Positions 24,931 through 30,931 of a DNA stretch of 32,000 nucleotides are shown one piece after another. The DNA lies in NCBI RefSeq assembly GCF_046297595.1, contig NZ_JBKBHT010000005.1:145179-177178 (forward strand), written 5' to 3'. How positions within the stretch are numbered: position 1 is the first letter of the stretch; each line of letters opens with the position of its first letter. Under the pieces are notes generated by a model that was not told where the DNA came from, did no database searches, and saw nothing but the letters and a program-made list of their open reading frames with translations. The stretch comes from Ferrovibrio sp. (lineage in GTDB: Bacteria; Pseudomonadota; Alphaproteobacteria; Ferrovibrionales; Ferrovibrionaceae). The translations under genes and the position numbers were made by a program.

Positions 24931-25266
24931 TCAGTCCCGCTCGCCGCGCTTCGGCGGACGGTTCCAGTGGAGCCCCCAGGTCGTCTTGTCGTCGCCGGAC
25001 TGGAACAGATTGGCGCGCACTGGCTGCGCGAAGACGGGATCGTCGAGGAGCAGCGAGACGTACTCGCCAGCCTTCTCGCCGGTCCGCTTCCAGCCGGCGC
25101 CGACCTCGGGGCCATCTTCGTCGCCGAGATGGACGCGGTAGTCCGGCGCGTTCTCGGCGTCGGAAGGTTCGGCCGGAAAGAGAGAAAGCGCGGCGTCGAG
25201 GGTGAGCGTGCGGACGTGTCCGGAATAGCCGGACTTCGTGCGGGTGAATTGACCGATCTGTGGCAT
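24931..25266 (-). CDS. DUF736 domain protein (copy 1)
   Basis: 111 aa from ATG 25266. MPQIGQF.....G..G.V.TL...APDYRV...E.GAGW.......EYVSLLLDDPVF..P..ANLF pattern shared with the two copies at 30.5-31.2 kb. Confidence 0.85.
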   Translation of the reverse strand: MPQIGQFTRTKSGYSGHVRTLTLDAALSLFPAEPSDAENAPDYRVHLGDEDGPEVGAGWKRTGEKAGEYVSLLLDDPVFAQPVRANLFQSGDDKTTWGLHWNRPPKRGERD

Positions 25267-25313
25267 GGGAAAGTTCCTTCTGCTGCATGTGGGGGAGAGG
25301 TTCGGCGCGCCCC

Positions 25314-25859
25314 TCAACGTGTTTGGGCGCGCCATTCGAAGTGGCCGCTGTCGTCTTCGTCGGTCCACACCGGCATCGCGCGGCCAATGATCGAGCTGGT
25401 GGGAATGGGACCGAAGTAGCGGCCGTCGAGGCTGTCACGGACGGACCAGTTCATGAGGAAAATCTCGCCGTCCGCGACGCGCCGGCAGCCCTGCCAGACG
25501 GGCAGATCACGGCCGAGGCGGTCACGCCGCAGCGCCTCTCCCATCGCGATGCCATCGACGGTGATGCGAGCGCCGGTTCGGCAGACCTGCTGCCCCGGAA
25601 GGCCGGCAACGCGCTTCATGAGCGGGACGCCGCGCGGCAGGTAGCCGCGCTCGGCCAGGAACGTGGCGAGCGGTTCGGGAGCGGCCACGGCGACCAGGTC
25701 GGTCACGTCGAGCCGGGATGATCGATCGATAGAATAGAGCCCGATCGGCGTGCTGGCCGAGGCGTTCCAAATCAGCTTCGGCGCAATGTGGATGAACGAC
25801 AGGCCGCCGATCAGCATCACGGCGAAATACGTCGTCATGCCGTAACCGAAGCGGGTCAT
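25314..25859 (-). CDS. traF: S26-family signal peptidase, TraF type (pilin maturation)
   Basis: 181 aa from ATG 25859 (ATGA overlap with DUF2840). N-terminal TM, NASASTPIGLY Ser motif, MKRVAGLPG Lys motif. Confidence 0.85.
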   Translation of the reverse strand: MTRFGYGMTTYFAVMLIGGLSFIHIAPKLIWNASASTPIGLYSIDRSSRLDVTDLVAVAAPEPLATFLAERGYLPRGVPLMKRVAGLPGQQVCRTGARITVDGIAMGEALRRDRLGRDLPVWQGCRRVADGEIFLMNWSVRDSLDGRYFGPIPTSSIIGRAMPVWTDEDDSGHFEWRAQTR

Positions 25860-26377
25860 GGCTGGGCACTCCGGCGCTTCAGGAATGCCCGATGCTGCTC
25901 GAACGTGTAGGCACGAGGCTCGTAGCCTGCCGTCAGGCGGTTGTGGATGTGCCGCCAATGATCGGGCGAGACTGCTGCCGAATCGATGTTGAGCGCTTCG
26001 ATGGCGTCGACGAGTTGGAGGACGTGCTCGACCTTCGGCCAGCCTTCGAGCTTGAGCAGGATGTCACCGCCCGGGCGCACGAACGGCAGCGTCTGATAGG
26101 GTTGGCGCGGCGAGACGGCGCGCACGATGTCGATGCGCGAGATGACCGTGCCGAAATCGTTGGAGGCCCAGCGGACGAACGCGAAGACGCTGCCCGGCTG
26201 GTAGGAGAGGATACGCCGGCGGCGATCCAGAATTTGCTCGTGGACGTCGTCTCCAAACCGGATCCAGTATTCGATCTTCTTCTCAATCCAGGTCAGTTCG
26301 ACATGGGTCAGGTGGTCGGACGCGAGCGCGGACGGCGACGGGCCGCTGCGCACGCGCAAAGCCGCGGTGCCGGTCAT
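25856..26377 (-). CDS. DUF2840 domain protein
   Basis: 173 aa. Conserved companion of the parA/RHH genes in these elements. Coupled to both neighbours by ATGA overlaps. Confidence 0.7.
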   Translation of the reverse strand: MTGTAALRVRSGPSPSALASDHLTHVELTWIEKKIEYWIRFGDDVHEQILDRRRRILSYQPGSVFAFVRWASNDFGTVISRIDIVRAVSPRQPYQTLPFVRPGGDILLKLEGWPKVEHVLQLVDAIEALNIDSAAVSPDHWRHIHNRLTAGYEPRAYTFEQHRAFLKRRSAQP

Positions 26378-26628
26378 GATGGGTCTCCTTCGGTCGGGGG
26401 AAATTCGCGCGTGAGCAGGTCGCGCAGCATGTCGGCGACCGTGACGCCGCGCCGGAATGCCGCGATCTTGATGCGCCCGCGCAATTCGGAGGTGACGTCG
26501 ATGGTCAATCGCGCCGAGAACACGGCGGCGTCCGGGCCGCGCGCAGGCGGCGTCCCTGACGACTTGATCCAGTGTTCAGCGTCGCCGGGCCGGGCGGCGA
26601 AGCCGCGTTTCTGAGACGGCCCGGTCAT
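26374..26628 (-). CDS. small ribbon-helix-helix protein, probable ParG-type centromere-binding partner of ParA
   Basis: 84 aa from ATG 26628 (ATGA overlap with the parA stop). C-terminal RHH pattern ARLTIDVTSELRGRIKIAAFRRGVTVADMLRDLL. Confidence 0.6.
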   Translation of the reverse strand: MTGPSQKRGFAARPGDAEHWIKSSGTPPARGPDAAVFSARLTIDVTSELRGRIKIAAFRRGVTVADMLRDLLTREFPPTEGDPS

Positions 26629-27262
26629 AATCCGAGCCTCCCGACCTCGGCGCAAAGTGCGGCGATCTCGCGCGCGGCCGGGCTGTCGTCGTCGACCTCC
26701 GACACGAGGCGTCCGGACTGCGCCGTATCGGCGAAGGCGACGCGCTGGCCGATGGTGGATGCCAGCACCGGCGGATCGTGATCGGCGAGCGTCTCGGCTG
26801 TTTCGCGGGCGATGACGGTTCGCGCACCGCATCGGTTCAGCACGAAGCGGGCCGTGAGCTGCGGACGATAGATGCGTGCCTCACTGAGCAGTGCCAGCAT
26901 CTCGGCCGAGGCCAGCCGTCGAATGGCGATGGCTGCACCGGGATCAGGATGAGATCGGCGGCGAGCAATGCGGAACGCATCAGCCCGGCGACGCGGGGCG
27001 GCCCGTCGATGACGATGTGATCGGCGTCGCGCGCCAGCTCCGGCGCTTCGCGATGGAGCGTATCGCGCGCCAGGCCGACGACGCCGAACAGGCGCGGAAG
27101 GCGCTCGCGTGCCCTTTGTTGCGACCAGTCGAGCGCCGAGCCTTGCGGGTCGGCGTCGATCACGGTGACGCGCTGACCGCGTCTCGCCCATTCGCCGGCA
27201 AGGTGCAGCGCCAGTGTCGTCTTGCCGACGCCGCCCTTCTGATTGAGGAACGCGACGATCAT
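26625..27262 (-). pseudogene. parA: ParA-family partition ATPase with a 1-nt deletion frameshift
   Basis: N-part (27262 to about 26912) has the deviant Walker A NQKGGVGKTT and ...LILIPVQPSPFDGW. Homology continues in another frame as (A)SAEMLALLSEARIYRPQLTARFVLNRC...TIGQRVAFADTAQSGRLV. TGG-CCT at 26914-26909 would be TGG-GCC-TCG if one G (top-strand C) were restored. Confidence 0.85.
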
Positions 27263-27326
27263 GACGCGCTCCCGGCCGCTGCTCGGCAGTTATCCGCAGG
27301 CGGGCAAAACGCGGGGTGCGTTAGAA

Positions 27327-27343
27327 AGATTCCGAAGGAATCT
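27327..27343. promoter_or_regulatory. inverted repeat AGATTCC-GAA-GGAATCT in the parA upstream region
   Basis: Perfect 7-bp arms, 65-81 bp upstream of the parA ATG, in an AT-rich pocket. Confidence 0.45.
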
Positions 27344-27388
27344 AGGTTAGAGAAGTTACGGACGCCGCAAGCTTTTGATTCGATGCGT

Positions 27389-27403
27389 GGAATCGACGAT
27401 TCC
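27389..27403. promoter_or_regulatory. inverted repeat GGAATCG-A-CGATTCC, abutting the direct-repeat array
   Basis: Perfect 7-bp arms. Shares the GGAATC half-site with the repeat at 27327-27343. Confidence 0.45.
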
Positions 27404-27467
27404 GGTCCCCGATAGCACGATGATCGGGTCCCCGATGGCACGATAGGCGCGGTCCCTGATAGCACGA
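27404..27467 (+). repeat. three 17-bp direct repeats GGTCCCYGATRGCACGA (iteron or centromere-like)
   Basis: Copies at 27404-27420, 27427-27443 and 27451-27467, spaced 23-24 bp apart (about two helical turns), each differing by one base. They lie between the repA stop (27474) and the parA promoter region. Confidence 0.7.
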
Positions 27468-27473
27468 GGCAAT

Positions 27474-28355
27474 TCACAGCTTATCCCCAGAGCGAGTGTT
27501 GGAACGGCGACGTCGCGGCATGCCGAGCGGCGCCGGATCGGTCGGTACGAAGGAAAGGCGTTCGGGGCCGCTGGCCGGCTGCTCGATGGTCAGCCGGTAA
27601 CCGGGCAGCGCCTGGCGGCGGACGATGTCGCGCAGGTCGTAGGCGAAGTGCTTGAGCGGCGAGAGCGAGCCGGACTTGGCGTGGAGGTGGATGAAATCGA
27701 AGCTCCAGCCGAACTCCTGGCGGCCGCCATGCTTGCGCACGAGCCGGTAGAGCCAGCGTTCGAGCCCGCCCGTGAGATCGAAGTAGGCGCGGTCGATCGT
27801 CAGTACGAGCGCGTCGTCGAGGACCGCGGCGTAGAACCAGTCGGGTACGATCAGCTCGAGGCCAAGGGGCCGTCCTCGGCTGTCGGCTTTCTCCTTCCAC
27901 TCGTTGATCCAGGAGAAGCGGTGCATCCGTCGCTCGGTGGGCTGGCGGATCGATGTGGCGATCGTGGTTGATTGTAGGCGGTCGAGCGCGGCCTTGAGGC
28001 GGTCGTAGTCGCGTAGCGACACGCCGCGGCCGATGAAGTTCAGGATCTCATACGGAGTGGTCCCCATGAGCCGCGACGGGCGTAGGCCGGCGTCGCGCGC
28101 TTCGACGATCTGGGAGGCTGCCCAGATCAGCACGTCCGCGTCCCAGATGGTCGCCATGCCATGCTCGGGGACGGCTTCGACGCGGATGACGATCGAGCCC
28201 GCCTTGAAGTCGATCGGCGCCAGGCGCTTCGATTTGGCGAGCGAGAAGAACGGATAGGCCATGAGGTCCTGCGCATCTCGCGGCGCGAGGTCGCCGGGCA
28301 GCGCTCGGAAGAGATCGAGCTGCTCGCGTTCGCTACTGTGATGGCGGGACGACAT
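27474..28355 (-). CDS. repA: replication initiator protein A (RPA family)
   Basis: 293 aa. N-terminal EQLDLFRALPGDLAPRDAQDLMAYPFFSLAKSKRLAPIDF is the RPA-family signature. Confidence 0.88.
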   Translation of the reverse strand: MSSRHHSSEREQLDLFRALPGDLAPRDAQDLMAYPFFSLAKSKRLAPIDFKAGSIVIRVEAVPEHGMATIWDADVLIWAASQIVEARDAGLRPSRLMGTTPYEILNFIGRGVSLRDYDRLKAALDRLQSTTIATSIRQPTERRMHRFSWINEWKEKADSRGRPLGLELIVPDWFYAAVLDDALVLTIDRAYFDLTGGLERWLYRLVRKHGGRQEFGWSFDFIHLHAKSGSLSPLKHFAYDLRDIVRRQALPGYRLTIEQPASGPERLSFVPTDPAPLGMPRRRRSNTRSGDKL

Positions 28356-28366
28356 ACCGGCACGTC

Positions 28367-28648
28367 TCAGCGCGCGTGGCGGCCGGATTGGACCGGCGCC
28401 GTCGGTTCATGGCGCTTGGCGGGAAGAACGGCGCCGCGGGGATCCGACGTGGATGTGACGGCGCCCCGATCGGCCCAGGCCTGCAGGTCGTCGATGGCGT
28501 AGACGACACGGCCGCCGAGCTTGCGATAGGCCGGGCCAGTCCCATAGGTCCGGTGCTTTTCCAGCGTGCGGCCGGAGAGACCTAGAAATCGGGCGGCTTC
28601 AGGAGTGCGTAGAAAGCGCGGCGGCAAGCCGGCGAGGTTGGCGGACAT
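28367..28648 (-). CDS. excisionase/AlpA-type helix-turn-helix protein (HTH_17); candidate recombination directionality factor or regulator
   Basis: 93 aa. FLRTPEAARFLGLSGRTLEKHRTYGTGPAYRKLGGRVVYAIDDLQAWA is the MerR-like excisionase-family HTH. Stop lies 11 nt before the repA ATG. Confidence 0.8.
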   Translation of the reverse strand: MSANLAGLPPRFLRTPEAARFLGLSGRTLEKHRTYGTGPAYRKLGGRVVYAIDDLQAWADRGAVTSTSDPRGAVLPAKRHEPTAPVQSGRHAR

Positions 28649-28782
28649 GATCGGGCCTCCGGGGTGTTCGTTGAGGCCGCTGGCGATCAGCGGCGGGCGA
28701 AGGCCACGGTGGCGAAGAGCTGCCGTCTGGGGGGATGGTGAAGATTGAGGGGGCTATTTCGCACCCCCCTGGATAGGCTCCG

Positions 28783-29551
28783 TCAGCGCCGTCTGCGCCG
28801 ACGCAACAGGTCACGGTAGCCGCCATCGACCATGGCGAGGCCATCGCGAACGAGGCGAATGGTGGAATCACGGAGCGCCGATGTTTTCCAGGAGTCGGAG
28901 GCAACGCGGGACACGCCGAACATCACCTCGGCGATCTCCCGGTAGGTTGCGCGGCAAGCGCGGCCGTCGAAGGCCCGCAGCATGTGACGGAGGCGCTGCC
29001 GGCGCTGAAGCGTCACGCGCAGATCGGCGGGCGGAGGCGGCGCTTGGAGCCCGCCCCAAATGCGCGAGATGGCCTCGATCCGGTCTGGTGCATCAGTGTC
29101 CAGCGGGACGACCGCGGCTAGTGGCTGGTCGGGACCAATGCCGCCGAGCAACACGACATGGACTGCGTCGGCGCCGTCGCCATGAATTGCGTGGAGTTCG
29201 TGCGCGCTGCGGCGCGTTACGTTCGGGTCAAGCGCGGGCAGTGGTGCGCCGGCGGAGCCAAGGGATGGCGACGCGATCAGCAGAACCTTTCCAAGGTCGG
29301 CCTCCGTCGTCCAGTGAACGGGTTCCTCGATGGCGCTGTGGCTTGGGTGGGCAGGGAAATTGCAACCCCCAGCGCAGGCGGAACGACGCGGTCGCCTGCT
29401 CTGGGTCATCCATCTCTTTCAATGCTTTTGCATAGTCGCGCTGGTAGTCGACATTGCGGCGCAAGCACTCCCACGCCAGGTCGGAAATGCCGAGATCGTC
29501 GAAATAGTCGTAGCTGGTCGAAGCTCGCCACTGCGATGGGTCCGGCGCCAT
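28783..29551 (-). CDS. FseA-like transfer/excision activator (DUF6499 N-domain + DUF2285 C-domain) requiring a +1 frameshift; 255-aa fusion predicted
   Basis: Frame a runs from ATG 29551 (AGGAGG 6 nt upstream) to the Phe codon 29359-29357. The +1 frame runs from CCU 29355-29353 to TGA 28785-28783. See the first finding. Confidence 0.7.
29351..29362 (-). promoter_or_regulatory. candidate +1 slippery site CAA-UUU-CCC-UGC
   Basis: This is where protein-like sequence switches from frame a to frame b. UUU to UUC re-pairing is possible. Confidence 0.55.
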
Positions 29552-29579
29552 CGATTACCTCCTGGCTCACATGGTTCAT

Positions 29580-29596
29580 GTATCCGGGCCGGATAC
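29580..29596. promoter_or_regulatory. palindrome GTATCCGG-G-CCGGATAC upstream of the FseA-like gene
   Basis: Perfect 8-bp arms with a 1-nt centre, 29-45 bp upstream of ATG 29551. The loop is too short for an RNA hairpin, so a dimeric-protein operator is more likely. Confidence 0.4.
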
Positions 29597-29671
29597 GATT
29601 GCCGGTTGAGCTGGATCAGGGAAGACCCGGAAAAAGCGCCGCGTGATCGCTGCGGTGCATCGCGGACCCGT

Positions 29672-29935
29672 TCAGTGATGGCCGCGCCGAAGCAGGTCGC
29701 GATAACCGTGTTCGGTCATCCATCGGGCGCGCAGGAGATGGCATTCATGGATGTGCCGGGCGCGCTCGGGATCATCTCTGGGATCAATGCCGAACAGAAT
29801 GGTAACCACTTCGCACCAGTCCGCTCCCTCGGCATCGGCATCGAGCAGGCGAACGTAGAGCTTCAAATGCTTGATGTCGTAGTCGGTCAGCGACGCGCCT
29901 CGGGGCGGTTCGTCAAGAAAATCCGGCGCGGTCAC
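29672..29935 (-). CDS. single-domain DUF2285 protein (QseM-like candidate anti-activator)
   Basis: 87 aa, GTG start with GGGGGA 6 nt upstream. It aligns by eye with the C-terminus of the FseA-like protein: L..LD....GA...E(I/V)....FG ... GYRDLLRR. Confidence 0.7.
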   Translation of the reverse strand: MTAPDFLDEPPRGASLTDYDIKHLKLYVRLLDADAEGADWCEVVTILFGIDPRDDPERARHIHECHLLRARWMTEHGYRDLLRRGHH

Positions 29936-30067
29936 GATGGGTCCCCCGACACATCAATGGCGACAGCCATTCGATTCCGAGTCGATTTTATCGAAGTTTT
30001 GAATTGTCGTAAGCTGCGCGAGAAGACATCGCGTGATGCAGCGTAGACATCGCTGCGGGTCGTGCAA

Positions 30068-30301
30068 TCAATCTTCGTCGGCGCTCTGCCGCTCGGTCCG
30101 TTCGAAAAACGCGACCGGATCGATTTCAAGCACGATCGCCAGCTTTTCCAGCATATCGATCGTCGCGGCGTGCTGTTCCCGCTCAAGCATGCCGACATAG
30201 TTGCGATTGATCTCGGCACGATCGGCAAGTTCCTCCTGCGACAAGCCCTTGGCGTGTCTCAGTCGACGCAAATTTCTGGCGACAAGCTCCCGCAATCTCA
30301 T
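30068..30301 (-). CDS. XRE-family HTH regulator (QseC / C-protein-like)
   Basis: 77 aa. LRRLRHAKGLSQEELADRAEINRNYVGMLEREQHAATIDMLEKLAIVLEIDP is a canonical Cro/C1 HTH. Confidence 0.85.
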   Translation of the reverse strand: MRLRELVARNLRRLRHAKGLSQEELADRAEINRNYVGMLEREQHAATIDMLEKLAIVLEIDPVAFFERTERQSADED

Positions 30302-30336
30302 GCGGAGAGGTCGCCGTTTCCCCTAATATACTGCCA

Positions 30337-30350
30337 CCTAGTAAACTAGG
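30337..30350. promoter_or_regulatory. palindrome CCTAGT-AA-ACTAGG upstream of the XRE gene (candidate auto-operator)
   Basis: Perfect 6-bp arms, 36-49 bp upstream of ATG 30301. A TATATT -10-like hexamer (minus strand, 30330-30325) follows. No SD lies close to the ATG. Confidence 0.4.
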
Positions 30351-30441
30351 GATTCGTACATGAGAAAAGGCGCGGTGTCATTTTTCCGGGATGATCGGGA
30401 GTTTCCGGCCGGATCGCGGACTGGATTCCCACAGGCGCGAT

Positions 30442-30467
30442 GCCCCGCCCGGCTGTCCGGGCGGGGC
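30442..30467 (-). terminator. GC-rich hairpin after DUF736 copy 2
   Basis: GCCCCGCCCGG-CTGT-CCGGGCGGGGC, an 11-bp perfect stem, 12 nt after the stop at 30480. Poor U tract. Confidence 0.55.
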
Positions 30468-30479
30468 GTTGCTGGCGGC

Positions 30480-30806
30480 TCAGTCGCCGTTGCGGCGGCT
30501 GGGGCGAGACCAGATGAGGCTGAAGCCTTCGCCTTCCTCGTCGTCGAAGAGGTTGGCGTAGATCGGAGCGTTGAAGCTCGGGTCGTCCAGCTTGAGGCCG
30601 AGATAATCGCGGCCCTCGTTGGAGCGCTTGGACCAGGCGGCGCCGATCTCGGCTCGGCCGACGAAGACGCGGTGGCTGGGAGCGTTCTCGCCGGTGGAGC
30701 GGGCGTCGGGGACGATGCGGACGTTCTTGGTCTGGACGCTGAGGGTGACGATTTCGCCGGTGAACTCGTTCGAGCCGGTCTTCTTGAAGGTGCCGATGGT
30801 CGCCAT
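30480..30806 (-). CDS. DUF736 domain protein (copy 2)
   Basis: 108 aa. MATIGTFKKTGSNEFTGEIVTL...APSHRV...EIGAAWSKRS.EGRDYLGLKLDDPSFNAPIYANLF...LIWSR. AAGGAGA SD. Confidence 0.88.
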   Translation of the reverse strand: MATIGTFKKTGSNEFTGEIVTLSVQTKNVRIVPDARSTGENAPSHRVFVGRAEIGAAWSKRSNEGRDYLGLKLDDPSFNAPIYANLFDDEEGEGFSLIWSRPSRRNGD

Positions 30807-30895
30807 GGGAAGTCTCCTTGATCACTGTCTTTCGAGCCCGCACCATTGCGGCCTCACATGAGAGATTTCCCGTCAAGGGGTGGTGAGATGAGCTG

Positions 30896-30922
30896 GGGCG
30901 CTCCGCCGGAAGCGGAGCGCCC
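30896..30922 (-). terminator. GC-rich hairpin after DUF736 copy 3
   Basis: GGGCGCTCCGC-CGGAA-GCGGAGCGCCC, an 11-bp perfect stem, 9 nt after the stop at 30932. Confidence 0.55.
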
Positions 30923-30931
30923 ACGTCGGGG

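Noticed and set aside
24053-25438. 461-aa minus-strand ORF and the 379-aa plus-strand ORF 24066-25205 spanning the transglycosylase/DUF736 region
   Set aside because: Arg/Pro/Ala-rich shadow frames typical of high-GC DNA. They overlap genes with clear family motifs in other frames and have no recognisable domains.
27404-27467. Direct repeats considered as a possible CRISPR array
   Set aside because: There are only three 17-bp units with 6-7 bp between them, no spacer-sized unique segments, and no cas genes. The position between repA and parA fits iterons or a centromere.
28729-28769. G6/G5/C6 runs after the FseA-like stop considered as an intrinsic terminator
   Set aside because: The stem is only 5-6 G:C pairs with a bulge and a 10-nt loop, and there is no U tract. 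This is too weak to call, so it is mentioned only as part of the intergenic region.
29580-29596. Palindrome considered as a TraR tra-box
   Set aside because: The sequence GTATCCGGGCCGGATAC does not resemble the tra-box consensus as I recall it, and no traR/traI genes are in the window. It is kept only as a generic operator candidate.
30360-30924. Track ORFs 30360-30821 (+) and 30346-30924 (-) overlapping DUF736 copy 2
   Set aside because: Alternative-frame and antisense shadows of a gene with a clear family signature, a strong SD and a terminator.
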